A stretch of 50,877 nucleotides of DNA, filler included, from Bipalium vagum (GCA_037834085.1; 3 parts of 3 records of this genome joined end to end with filler, not necessarily neighbours in it), one strand, 5' to 3'; counted from the first letter of the whole stretch, positions 26,078-39,254 are shown. The notes: a model not told the origin generated them from the letters alone. A program made the numbers and translations.

Positions 26078-26859
26078 CTATTGATGGATATTTATTCCTT
26101 TTATAATACTAATTTACATTTCACTGATTTTTGTGCAAGTCATTTTTCCTGAAAGATGCTCACTTGACATTATCTTACCTTTTGTTATCAACACTTTATT
26201 TCACTTATTTATGTTCAAATATATTTCTTGTTTTGTATGAATACGAATTGATTTTTCTGTGAATATTAATATTTCTAAGAAAACTTTTCTTAAGCACTAA
26301 TGAATAAGATATTCGATATCCTTAAAATGTTTATTACAATGAGGACTAGACAACAAGATCCAGAAAGATTTTTAAAGTTTATGAAGATGATGCAGCAATG
26401 GAGCTTATAATATCAAATTATCATTTATTAGGAGATTGCATTAATTCTGGTCTGAACTGTATATGCAGTCTGGTTTAATCAATATATGGAATACCGTTAG
26501 TTATATTTTTAATAAAGTCAAAATAAAAATTTACTTTAAACATCTGAATCTCTAATGTAAGTTTATATAGGTTGTGTAGGTTTATTTACATAAGCGCTTA
26601 GAAGAAGTAATAAATAAATAGGTTAAGACTAAATTTCAGATATGTGCTAATGGTTTTTTTTTATATGCGAATCAGTTTTTGTATTGGATCTAAGTAAATA
26701 CTCATTTTCAATAAGTTGTATGCAAGTCATTTAAATAGTTAAAAAGTCTTCGAATAAAGTCTTCTACTTCGGAAGAATAAAAAACAACACTCTAAACTTT
26801 ACTTTAATATTTTTAATATTCATGACTGATAAGAAGTATATTAAATTTATCGGTATAAC

Positions 26860-27245
26860 TGAAATAAGGTAAAGAAGAAAATTTCATCCAACTGTCGGCC
26901 TTTGAAAGAGATCGAATAATATGACTACATAAAGGAGAATAAGTTTACTTGATGTTACCTTATCATAAGGCAGTTACATCTGGAATTATGGTATGGGGAG
27001 CAATATATTATGGATTCTGGTGACCCCTTCTATTGATAATAGTTTTCAGTAATAAAATATGAAACCGCGTATCGACAGTATAACAGCACAGTTTTGAAAG
27101 AATTAAAAGTGGAAATTAAAAAAAATTTAAAAATCATCTTCAAAAATATAGAACGACATACCTTAAGACATATCTTTTAATTTGTATTGTCAAGTAGACT
27201 TCCATGTTGTGTCGGAAGACGCGGTGACATGAGTGGCTATTGACA
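26860..27245 (+). mobile_element. Internally deleted Tc1-like remnant
   Basis: QLSAFERDRII (Tc1 N-terminus), GIMVWGAI, and C-terminal RL..CV.RRG..SGY. Confidence 0.6.
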
Positions 27246-27840
27246 TCTCTAAATTCTTCTTCATAAAAATCGATTTATTTCGTATATATATTTGTAACTA
27301 TTACTATATATTAGTATATATATACTTTATTATTATACTTTATACTTTTATTATTTATACTTTGTAGTATTATATTTTATCAAGTAACTTTCGCTCGCAA
27401 ATAGATAAATCCTAAACTTTTAATGTTGTGTTCAGTTACGCATTTTTAAACTCAATTAAATCAAAACCCTACAATAAAACCTTATCCGCACCCCAATTGA
27501 ATCAAACAATCACAGTAAAAATTTATTGAAAATTTCGATCGTTTTACAAATTACAACAAAATCCCAATCGATACGCTAAAGAATCAAACACTTGAAAAAT
27601 TCACTATAACAAAATCGATTCAATGTCTGCACAAATCAACACAAGAAAATCGTTAAATTAAATCATATATAATTAAAAGCAAAATTCAACACTAACACAA
27701 TATTAGTTAAATGAAATATATATGTGGATTAAAACAAAATATTAAAGATTACAAAAAAAGCAAAAATCGAAAATATTTTCCCTCGGAGTGACAATGGGTT
27801 GTCTTCTAGGTCCTTCTCAGGTCACCAAGGAATTCCCAAG

Positions 27841-28141
27841 CTCGTTGGGCACCATTGTGAAATCCTGTGGCAAATTTGATAAACTGCAAATTATTACGGA
27901 AATCTGAATTTCTTCGGAAAATCTTCGTGGCAAAACATCCTCTTCAAAAAATATCGAAAAAAGTCTTTTACTTCGCAAGAATAAAAAAACAACACTCTTA
28001 ACTTTACTTTAATATTTTTTGGGCATCATCTAGGCGGCTTTCTGGGAATATTCATCTTTTTATATAGTCGCAGAGATTGGTATACGATCATCAATTCCTA
28101 CGCTTAGAGACGGATATTTCCCATAATAAACATTAATCACG
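27841..28141 (-). mobile_element. Putative 5' LTR with primer-binding site
   Basis: Minus strand: TATATAAAAAG box, ends ...TTTCACA, 1 nt, then TGGTGCCCAACG (resembles tRNA-Lys PBS TGGCGCCCAACG); a ~65-nt piece recurs at 26756-26820; far boundary approximate. Confidence 0.6.
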
Positions 28142-28782
28142 CTGAGATAAAGTTTGATCAGAAAAAATAATTTTCGACGAAGAGATTTTGATATATTGGT
28201 TTAAAAATTTTAATTAATAATAATAATATTATTATTAATCTCATTATTTCTTCTTTTGTGCCTTTGGTAAACCCAACATATTTGACAATTTTATCTGTCC
28301 AGTTATCATTGTTTTAGTGGGGAGTTTTATTGAAAATGTTATAGATTTTAGAGTTTTAACAATATTTAATAATAATTATTAATTATAGTTATATTTCATG
28401 TTAAGGGATAGATAAAAAAATATTTAATATTTTACACTAAGAATTTTCAATATTAAATTAGCAAAGTTGCGGCTGAGAATTGCTTTCGAAGAGCTAAAAC
28501 TTAAAATGTAACTAATGAGAATACAATTGAAGCATAAATATTAAAAAAAAGCTGATATTACTTCAGTTAAACAAATATTTGCACCAAGAAATATCAATAG
28601 TAGAAATTAATTATTTATTTAACAATACTTTTATTTGTTACCTTTAGTCGCCATAAAAATATAACAATATGAAAACCTATTATATTTATGTCAGAAATCT
28701 GACACATTTGCTAATTATCATTTTGTAACTAATTCCTTTCACCAATATAAAGGGAGAATATTGTAAGGGTTTTAAAATTGAA

Positions 28783-30336
28783 ATGAAAAACAAGTTCGAA
28801 AAGCTTGAGGATGACAAATCCACAAAGGAACGACTGACGGAGTTCCTGGAGACCACGACAGCCCATGGATTCGTGAGGCTTCTATTATTTAAAAATTTTC
28901 TTCCAGTACAGATTTTCTGGATTTTAATTATACTGTTATCTATTGTAGCGTTTGGTTATCACCTTTATGTTTTGTTCATAAGATTTTTAGGAAGCCCCAC
29001 GAGTACATCTGTAACATTTCCGACGTTTATTCAAGAAGCACCTGTCATTACATTCTGTCAAAACCCTTTGAGTTATCAAAGGAATTGGTCAAATTTCGTT
29101 CCTTATTATAATGCAACTTACAGAAACGTTGTGGACAAAATGACGGAGTTTTGGACAAAAATATTTCCAACTAATTCTGTATTAAGAGAAGCTTACTTGT
29201 TTCAATCAATTTTTCCTTCTGGCATAAAAAATTTTATCTTAACTGATACAACTATACCAATTTTGAACTGTATCTTATATAACGGGAAACCATGTAGTAA
29301 TATGCAAAGATCCTCAAGATTTATACTGAACAATAAAATATGTGGATCCATCACCATATCCAACAAAATGAGCTCAAATTCATTTACCTTGATTTATATT
29401 TGGATGTTGGTTCTTGAATCAAGGTCAACTGTAACCTGGCCAGATTGGAACAACACTATTTTTATTTATGTTCATCCAAAAAATCGGATACCAACAGGAA
29501 ACCCGTATATCTTGATTAATAATCTTGGTTTTATGATGCTAGACATAAAGAGACTTTACATGAATAATCGAGAAATGAGAGAGAAGCCTTGTAAAGAAAG
29601 ACCGCCAGATATCGAACTATCGACCTTTGAGGGCGAAGGCCTTACCCTACACTATTCTCGAGAATTATGTAAAGATGTGGAAATACAAAATCAGCTCTGG
29701 CAACATTGCCACTGTATTTCGGCATCCTTATCAATTCCCAAAAGGTTTTCTCAACAGCTTCGAAACAATGAGAATATATTCTGTTTTCATTTCACAAAGG
29801 AAATGTTGGACTATGTGAACAGTGAGGCACTTCAGAATAACTTTCTTCTAATGAGAGATTGTTATGAAAGGATAGCTGTGAACAGTAAAGTCGATTGTGA
29901 GGAATCCTGCCGGTTGACGTTTTATGAGGGAAACAGTTACTTTAACAAAAAGATTTTTACGGAAATGGCCAGTTTAGTAACTGTAACGGAAATAGAAAAA
30001 ATTACGGAGCCGTACTTTTTCAATTATTATAATCCCGAAGAATGCAAAAGCAATGACACGTTCTTAAAGAAGTATTGTTTCACAATGAGAACGAACTTGA
30101 TGAAAATCCAGGTGAATTTGCATGGAGAAATGAAGAATACGACGCAAGTGTTGAGTTATACGGCGAATAATTTCTTGTCCGATATTGGAGGGATTTTAGG
30201 ATTGTATGCTGGCGTTGGAATCATAACAATAATTGAGTTTTTCGAATTCTTTATTTTATACCTGAAGTCTTTGGTAAGAGAAAAACAAAAAAAAAACAAA
30301 AACAAGTTGAGCAGAACCGATAACGATAAACAATGA
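28783..30336 (+). CDS. DEG/ENaC (ASIC/FaNaC/pickpocket family) channel subunit, 517 aa, no intron in CDS
   Basis: EFLETTTAHG pre-TM1 motif, TM1 FWILIILLSIV, PVITFC, Cys-rich ectodomain (YSRELC, CHC, CEESC), TM2 LSDIGGILGLYAGVGIITIIEF. Confidence 0.95.
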   Translation: MKNKFEKLEDDKSTKERLTEFLETTTAHGFVRLLLFKNFLPVQIFWILIILLSIVAFGYHLYVLFIRFLGSPTSTSVTFPTFIQEAPVITFCQNPLSYQRNWSNFVPYYNATYRNVVDKMTEFWTKIFPTNSVLREAYLFQSIFPSGIKNFILTDTTIPILNCILYNGKPCSNMQRSSRFILNNKICGSITISNKMSSNSFTLIYIWMLVLESRSTVTWPDWNNTIFIYVHPKNRIPTGNPYILINNLGFMMLDIKRLYMNNREMREKPCKERPPDIELSTFEGEGLTLHYSRELCKDVEIQNQLWQHCHCISASLSIPKRFSQQLRNNENIFCFHFTKEMLDYVNSEALQNNFLLMRDCYERIAVNSKVDCEESCRLTFYEGNSYFNKKIFTEMASLVTVTEIEKITEPYFFNYYNPEECKSNDTFLKKYCFTMRTNLMKIQVNLHGEMKNTTQVLSYTANNFLSDIGGILGLYAGVGIITIIEFFEFFILYLKSLVREKQKKNKNKLSRTDNDKQ

Positions 30337-31039
30337 CCCTTGTTGTGATATCTTTGAAAACGTGCACTCATCAGGCTGTCTGAACATTGTTACACTTTGT
30401 GATAGTGGATAGTTAACAAAAAATGATAAAAAATAGTTTTATTCTGACTCCATTATTTATTCGCAAAATTAAAATTTGTTTTAATGGAGCTATTAGTATA
30501 TTTTAGTGCTTCAGTTGTTTAAATGATTAATCAATTTGAATAAGTGTAAAATTGTCTATCTCCTTTAAAAATGATTTATATAATTTTATTTCATCAATGT
30601 CTGTGAAATCGTAAATTTTATGAAAATCAGTTCAAAAAATCATTATTGAACAGTATCGATTGTAACAGATATACTTTGGTACCTTGATTAACAATATTCT
30701 TTAACAACAACTGCCTTAGTTATCAAATTTTACCTTAAATCACGACGCATGTCTGAGATAGTGACCTTTTGCAATACATAAATATGATGTACATAAATAC
30801 CATGACTACGTATGTTATAAAAAGGTGCCTTTGTGTAGCAAACTTTGTTTATCATCGACAATGGATCGCTATGTAGATGACTTTAGATATTATATATGAC
30901 TTTAGATATTAATTTAAAGACGCCAATAAACAAACTATGCTTCCGAAATAAAACAAAATGAATCCATGAGTAACATAACCGTTTAATGTCTCAACAGTAT
31001 TTGTGATAATGTTTAAATTGTAATTTGTGAGTTTATAAC

Positions 31040-31620
31040 AACTGAAATGGATCCTGAGAAAGTTCGGGTTATTAGTGGGAATAGCAGAAAGAGTTTCAAT
31101 TGGATTTTAAAAAGATGACAGAGTCATGTATACAGCAGCATGGTACCCTACAAGATCAATTTTAACAGGATGAAGAAATTTCGATTATATTTTCAATTTC
31201 GGGCTGAGCTGAAATAATTGAAACTCCGGGTGCTCCATTAGTAAATGAGAAAAAGGAAGATGCTAAGGCTTGGTTAACGAGAGATGAAAGAAGGAAGATT
31301 AATTATTTACCTCAGTTGAATGAGTTCGAGCAAAGCTGGTGTTTGAGACTCCCTGTTCTAGTCTTGATCAATATGTTAGAGGAGAACAGGAGAACCCTGA
31401 TACTTACGAGTGGTTGCTAATTGGTATGTGGAGAAACTCCGAAAAGTCTTATTTAATGAAGTTAAAAAGCTTCGAGAGTCAGAAGAAATGAAGAAAAAAT
31501 TTAAAAGAAACTTAGAAAGAAGAAAAATAAGTGAAAATTAAATAAAAGTTACTTCAGAATTACAGTTGAAGACAATTGATTTGAAAGTAAGTGGTAAGAT
31601 TTGGAAGGGAACTCGATCAG
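31040..31620 (+). mobile_element. Possible very degenerate LTR-retrotransposon sequence
   Basis: MDPEKVRVI resembles Gypsy DPEKVxAI; remainder purine-rich and broken. Confidence 0.25.
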
Positions 31621-32057
31621 GTTGTTAGTAAAATTTGTTTTATTTGTGGAAATCAATTGTTTTTATTATTATTTTTATTACTATTATTTTTTTATTTTAG
31701 CACTCTTTTAGACCCCAAATATGTTTAGACAAAAGTTTTTTTAAAACGTTCATTTAAATTTTTGTAAAACATGTCAAAGATATTTTCAAACAATTCAAGC
31801 TTTATTCTCACAAAAACCTAAATCACGTTTAGAAAAATAAATAATAATCAACAGCAAACAAAATAATATAATTTTGTATTGATATTTTTAGAACAATTAC
31901 AGGAAGAATTCCTCATGAAAAATATTTTTATATAATTCTAAATTGCCCTAATATTCAAAATCACGTGAGTTATATTCTTTTGTAGTCATTTGTAAATGAA
32001 AATTTAAAGTCGAAGCAATAATAATAATATATTTCATTCAATCTATTTAATCAAACG

Positions 32058-32238
32058 AACTTTTCAAACTTGGACCTCACCTTTTTTAAAATTAAAATAT
32101 TTATTTAAAAATTTAAAAAACGTAACATTATAATTTTTAAAAACTTTAAATTAAAAACATTTAATAATTGTTAATCATGACGTGAGGTCCTTATTTAAAA
32201 AATTCAAACAAACTAATTTTTCGAATCACTCCTTATAA
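32058..32238. repeat. ~185-bp dispersed element, copy 1
   Basis: Colinear with 39255-39441; internal IR GGACCTCAC/GTGAGGTCC. Confidence 0.85.
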
Positions 32239-33334
32239 TGTGGAACATCACATTTCTGATCAAACTTTAGAAAACACACAATGGCAACAATGCAATTTCG
32301 ATTTTATGATTCTTCAAACCATTATTTAATTTCTAAAGAAGAATATGAATGAAATGGTAAAAAGGTTATCTAATTTCTACCTGGCATTAAGGAATCTATG
32401 ATTTATGATTTGCAAGTTGGAAGATTTGTGAAACCATCAAAATTATCTTTAAATTTAAAATGAAATGTTTTCATTCGACCGATTCAGAAAATTTATCTTT
32501 ACAAACTTCTTCTGTTGTAGGAATAATAATAATAAAAGATAATGTTAAATCTGAAAGAGAAGATATTATCAAATCTTTAGTAGAACAATTGGAAAATTTT
32601 TGGTAAAATTAAAATATGTACCTGGTTGCACAATTCATTGTTTTCTTCTTTAAAATTTCAGTTGATGATTTAAAAAATTAGCAGGAAAAGAGAATACAGA
32701 AAGAGTAATTTTGTATAAATCTCATGGGTTTTTTAAAAATTAATAATAATGAAGAAATGCCATTAAAAATAAACGATATTAACACATTTGAAAAAGAAAT
32801 GGTTTAAGAATAAATGTTTACGAAATTGATTGTAGGAAAATGAAAAATAATTAAGAAAACACGGAGAACATATCCTATATATTTCTTTTCAAGATATAAG
32901 TAAGAAAACAATATCATTACAATATTTTGCGAATCATTGTATCATTATTGGTTTATGACTAAATTCTAAATTAGGTAACACTCGTTCAGTTTCACAGTGG
33001 AAAGTTTCTATAAAGTTTTAATGAAAGTGCAATGAATAAAATCATATTTATAAGTGGCTTATAATATTAAAAAATGTATGTAATAGTCAATTCACATTAA
33101 TTAACAACAATGTGACTGTGAGAATCAAAAAAATATCTGAGTAACATATTTAATTTTTTAATTTAATTTGCAGTATATTGAGCTAAAAGATTTTATTAAT
33201 TAAATAAAAGTATAAATTAAATTTTTAATAAAAACAAGTATAAATTTTAAAGCTCTCTATATTCGAATTAAATGCGAAAATTTTATATGTGAAAAGTATT
33301 AAAATTTCATTTGTTTTAATAGCAAATTGAACAA

Positions 33335-33434
33335 NNNNNNNNNNNNNNNNNNNNNNNNNNNNNNNNNNNNNNNNNNNNTTAATTAATTAANNNNNNNNNN
33401 NNNNNNNNNNNNNNNNNNNNNNNNNNNNNNNNNN
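33335..33434. other. Artificial scaffold spacer 44N-TTAATTAATTAA-44N
   Basis: Identical to 17393-17492. Confidence 0.95.
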
Positions 33435-33947
33435 ATTCTTAATAATGGTGAACATATCATTGATTAAAACTGTTTTTATCAATAAAAATTTATGGTTTTC
33501 ATTTCTTCTTATAAAGCGCACAAACTTAGTTGCCAACCAAATATATATTTTAAAATATATCTCATGAATTCAATTTTCAATTAAAATAGACCTCTGTAAA
33601 AAATAAAATATTTTTGTTATTTATCGATTTCTGGTTCAATTTAAAGTATGAAATTAAAATTATTTCTCAAACTAATTAGTTTAATTACTAAACTAATAAA
33701 GTATAATATTGTAATATTTAAACACGTTATATATTTCTTATAATTTAATTTTATGAGACAGAATTTATTGTGAAGGTATCTTATTTATCCAATTAATTTA
33801 TTTATAATTGTGAAAAATTTTAATAAAATTTATTTTAAGAAATCAATAGCAGTAAAATAAATTAAAATTATTTAGACGAGAAATATATAACTTATTTTTA
33901 GAAAAAAGGGCTTAAATAAATAAATAAATAACATAATTGTGACATAC

Positions 33948-34095
33948 CAATATATTGACGGGCACTAACTAGACTTATTATAAAGAGGATGATAATCCCG
34001 GTCAGATGATAATTTAGTTTGTCAATGAACTCAACGGACCCTCCACAATTTAAATGAAATAAACTACCAAGTTTCAAAATGTTTCCAACTTCCAT
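33948..34095 (-). CDS. Innexin, first coding exon
   Basis: MEVGNILKLGSLF...EFIDKLNYHLTGIILFIISLVSARQYI G|GTATGT matches innexin DRLNYxxT...QYxG N-terminus and TM1. Confidence 0.85.
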
Positions 34096-34976
34096 CAACT
34101 GCTGGTCAAATTTCGAAAATCGTATAATTTTGAGTATTGTCAGATGAAGGTTGGTGAATCCCAATGATCCTTTTCAAAATTGTTTTAGAATTATGTGCCT
34201 AAGAACAATAATCGAAATGATGGGAAATTTTTCTCTAATTCTGATTGGAGGAAATTACAAAAATATCTAGAAATCAGTTGACGGTTGATGGTTTGCCTGT
34301 TCATACTTAATTGTGGTATTGTTAAATTTGAAAGTAAATAAATAAACAATTTACCACCAAAGCCTTGGGAAAATATTTTCACATAATTTCAACGTAACTT
34401 CTTATTGATACCATTGTGTATGAGTCTAGTCTAAAGGCCTGATCGAACCTAAATAAATTAACATAAATAAATAAACATTAAATATAGACACCAGATTTTT
34501 AATAAAGTTTCATAAATACTAAAAACAAATTTAGAGACTTCGATTTATAAAATTATGTTCCATTATTTAATGGTTTAAACAAAATAATATAATATACGAG
34601 GTCTTTATTTATTCTTAATTTTATTTTAATAAAATCTAATTAATTATTAATAATTAATTTGCATTTTAATTTATGAGAATATTTTATGGTTCTATACAAG
34701 TATCTGTCATTTAAACTGACAAAATTATATCATTAAATGATTAGTGAAAGGATTTCGTTTTTTAACTGTTGGTGAAATTTCTTATTTTCTTTTACAAATG
34801 TTAATCGTATTATGAATAAGTTATTCTTAAAGATTAATGTCAAGTTACAGTCAAATAGTTATTAAAAATAATATTACATTTAAATATAGTTAAATATATT
34901 ATTAATATATATATATTAAATATAAATAAAAACTACTAAATATTTTATTAAATAAAAATATTATATTAAAAAAATG

Positions 34977-35091
34977 GGATCAATTTAAAATTACGATACA
35001 AATTTAGTCAATTTAATCTGACAATACAAAATTGATTCAATTCAATCTGGCGATACATTTTCAAAGTTGTATCGTTATCTCAAAATGATCC
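34977..35091. mobile_element. MITE-like 115-bp foldback
   Basis: 25-nt inverted arms (34977-35001, 35067-35091) matching at 21 of 25 positions. Confidence 0.55.
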
Positions 35092-36951
35092 GAAAAATTA
35101 ACATATTATATGTACAAATATGGGGATCGCAGCTGAGGCGACTCAATTAAGAACAATCCATTGATTCTGATTAGCTTTGGTTAAATTTTTGAAAAGGTTT
35201 TGAATTTTATATTATAATTTCTAATATTTAAACTGAAAAACATGCGAGTTTTTTGGTAACTTTGAATATTAATTAATTATTGATTGCTTACTTAAGACTC
35301 GAAAATTATTAATTTTGTATTTTTAATTGTTTGTGTTTGACTGATAATTCAGAAATCGTGATTTTTCAATTATGACATTTTATTGATAATTCATCAATTA
35401 ATATCATTAATATGTAAAGATTTTTATTGAAGATTTAGTGATTCATATCATTTCATCTATGTATATAAATTTCTTTTATTGTGATATAAATAAACGATTT
35501 TGCTTTACTGACTTTTGTTGATTTCACTAACTTATAGTGTACTCAGTCAGGTTGCTTTTGAAGGCTGACATAATAAACAGTTTCATTGAAATAATCTGAA
35601 TATCAAGCATTTCGATATATAGTTTTGTATTTTTTCATATTAGTATACAAATTTCTTCTTGTCCTTCTGCTGAATTATAACAGAAAATTATTCCAGATCA
35701 ATGCTGTTACTTTTCTAAGAGTTCCACTATACTATAGTTTTCTATTATACTGAAATCCCAGGTTCTAAACTACTAAAACGAAATATGGATACATTCCTTG
35801 ATACAATAGTTTTAGGGAACGAATACTTATTCACATTTTCTTGGATGGTTTTTTTAATGATATTCTGAGTTCGGTTTTCGATGAGTTATGAATGAACTTT
35901 CACAAAATCTTTCAATGAAACTGAAGAACAGATTATTTTCTAAGTCGTTTGAAACTTTTACAATATTGGAAAACATGCTAAAACATTTAATTCAATGAAT
36001 GCTTGAAATTGAAAATAGAGATTTTTATTTATACACCTAATATTATTACGACATCGAAAATAAAAATAGAAATAACAAATACTTCTGGAAAATATCATCA
36101 ATTTTTTTGGAAACTACTGCAAACTTTTGTTTGTGGGTATCAGTAAAAGTGGGCTGAATACGTCCCTGCTGTGTGACATTTCCCATGGGTTTTGGTTAGG
36201 TCTTGTTGCAAGGTGGACGGCGATTAAAGGCATCATAAAATTGATATAAGAAAAAGCTGATAATAGGCATATAAATTGCTTTAGATAACTAAATAACATA
36301 AAATATTGTTTACTGTATACAGGGAATGATGAAAATATTATTATTAAATAATATTGAATGAAAATTATTTCCAAAACCCACGACCAAATAATTATAAAAC
36401 ATCATGTTACTGATAAGAAACACAATATATTGTGTGACAAACTTTAATTATCTCAAAAGTAGACAATTTGTGGTTAGTAATAATTTCTTTTAGTAAACAG
36501 ATCATGAAATAATACGGACTTCGTTATTTTGATTATTTTGATAAAACAAGGATTTTGTCTTTTGTCTGTATCAAATTTCAATACTTATATAATGTCAGAT
36601 TAAAACAAACAATTTCTCAAACATTCGAAAAGAGGCAAGATAAATAAAACAGAAATAAGTCAGAATATAATTGTCATCAAAATTCTAAATAGTTTTCATT
36701 GTGCTTTCTTAGAGGATATTTATATAATGTTTATAAAGTACTTCATTACCGTACTAATATTGTCTTCAGATCACTTCAGGTCCTCATTGCAAAGTGCGAT
36801 TTACTTTTGTTTATGTTCAATTAGACTGGTATTATTTATTTCTTAAAAAATATTTTTCTTTAAAATTTTAAAAGACGAAAGATTAAATATGAAGAACAAA
36901 GAGAATGATCAATTTCTAAGAATTTATAGACTACACTACTATTTGAAGTGC

Positions 36952-37579
36952 TACAAGGGCTGTCTTTTAAGTTTTGTATATAAAAGCATAAAAGCCTACA
37001 ATATGATTAGGTAAAAAAATGTCTATATTTAGAAACTAAGAATTATAAATTTTGTTTATATATATCAAAGTCTTTCTTTACAGCGACGATATAAAAAGCA
37101 TAATCAATGAAAAAAATTGAATTCACAAGAGAATGGTATACACCAATATGTTTGCCAGTAATATTTTCAGTTCTTCGAAGAACAAAAATGAAACGGAGAA
37201 TCATTCTGCATCACGACAGTGCTAGTTCACATACAGATCTGACAAAAATAAATTTTTTATCATCTCAAAATATAGAATTATTGGGTCATCCACAATAGAG
37301 CTCCGACCTAAGTCCAAACGACTTTTTCACATTTCCAAACATCAAGAAAAAACTGTGTGGCCAACGGTTCAAGTCTCCGGAAGAGGCAAGCGACATGTTT
37401 AAAATAGAAATTTTGGGTGTTACAACTGATGAGTGGAATAACTGCTTTCACAATTTGTATCAAGGATGAAAAATTGTATAAATCTTTGTGGAGAATATTT
37501 TGAAAAGCAATAAAACATTTCCAGTTTGTTTTGCATGATTCGTATGTCTCAATGCAAAACTTAAAAGACAATCCTAATA
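36952..37579 (+). mobile_element. Internally deleted mariner
   Basis: Inverted termini TGTCTTTTAAGTTTTG; RRIILHHDSASSHT, HPQ*SSDLSPNDFFTFPNIKKKL. Confidence 0.88.
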
Positions 37580-39254
37580 ATAAATTATTATTTTTTAATT
37601 ATGTTAGAAATAATAATATTATCACACATTAAATTACATAAATTAAATAATTTTATAATAAACAGAAATAAATACCTTTACAAAGAAAATTAGTATTGAC
37701 ATATCGTGCTGAAACACAAAATCTTTCGTTTGCTTAACATTTCCATATTATTTATTTTAAAAAGTATTTCTTCTTTTAAGAGTATCTTCCGTCATCAGAT
37801 TTTCATCATACCGGTGAATGGCACATTTTTGCCATATTAATAATTTTGATAAGATCAAATCATGAAGCCATCTTTTTCATCAAGGTGAAGTAATGACATG
37901 AAATGCCTCAGATGACTTCAAAACACTTCAGCTGATAAGTCTTCATTTTCAGACTTCATTTTAATTTTTTTTAATTTAGTTTATTTGATAATCAGATTAT
38001 TAACACTATTAATTCAAGGAAATGTGAATAAAAATAATTAAAATTAACTAATCAATTAAAATTAATAAATTGATTAGTTTTATTAAATTTATTAATTTTT
38101 ATTAATTAATTTTTTTAATTAATAAATTTAATAAAATGATTATAATAAACGTTTATGAAATTCATTTTGTATAAATAAACATTTATCAAATTGCATAGGA
38201 TAAAACTTTTATTTATATTTTTGTTTTCTTGTATAACCTTTTATTGTTAAAAATATTTCACTTTCAATTTCAATTTGCTGACAGTTGTCAGTAGTACGAA
38301 ACAATGAATTTTCAAAAATACGATATTTCCAATAACTAAATTCTATTTATAATTCCAAAAATTGTGTTTCACATTTTTTCCTATTTTTTATAATAATTTT
38401 TGTTTAGTATATATTAATATATTAATAATAATAATATTATAAAAATAATTAAAAGATTATAAAAAATATGCATTGATATTGTAGGTCGAATCAGTTTTTT
38501 ATAAATTGATGAGATATGTATTGTTCATTTGTCCATTGAGAATTATGATTAATGAAAAACTTGTTAAACTTTAGAACAAAAAAATATAAAGCGTCCTTTG
38601 AATACTTTGATAATGCTTTTTTAAGAAAATTTTCACTTTTAAACTTTTTTACTTTTCATATGAAATATTCAATACTTTCAATCACATTCTTTAAAAACAT
38701 TTATAATTCCTCCTTTTGGTACTTTAGCTGTCCTCTGTATAACTGGTAATAATATCTTTTTGTAAAAACTACTTATTTTATTCATTTTAGCACTATTAGC
38801 AAAGGATAATAATAATAAATAAAATAATAATAATAATAAATGTCTAGAAAAAAATAAAATCGTATAATCATTTTTCCAACTTAATGACGGATTTCAAAAT
38901 TTTAAAGAAAAATAAATAAAAATATTCGAAATGTGATAGAAAGGCTCTTAGAGACAGTTAACGATATAAAGGTACAATTCCAGTTCCAAAGAAATTTCAT
39001 AAAGAGAGACTAAAATTTTTAGTTTTCCTCTATTTCACCATTTTCCAGAAGATTCTTTGTAGTACAGTTAATTTTTTTACTCACATGATCTATTACTTTT
39101 TAACCTTTTTTCGCCATATACTTAAATCATTCCTGGTTATTTCTCTGTTTATCTTCGATTAAAATATCTATTGTATCTTTCAACCGTGAAATCAATCTCA
39201 TTACGTGAGCTCATGAGCATAGTTGTATTCTAGTTATATCTGATTACTTAAATA

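Noticed and set aside
28783-34095. ENaC plus innexin as a functional ion-channel cluster
   Set aside because: Separated by an artificial-looking spacer; adjacency unsupported
36114-36374. GC-richer ORF, and alternative frame MGNVTQQGR as a myristoylated N-terminus
   Set aside because: No compatible downstream exon or domain found
37676-37959. ATG-to-donor exon-like block
   Set aside because: Several in-frame stops and no recognisable family
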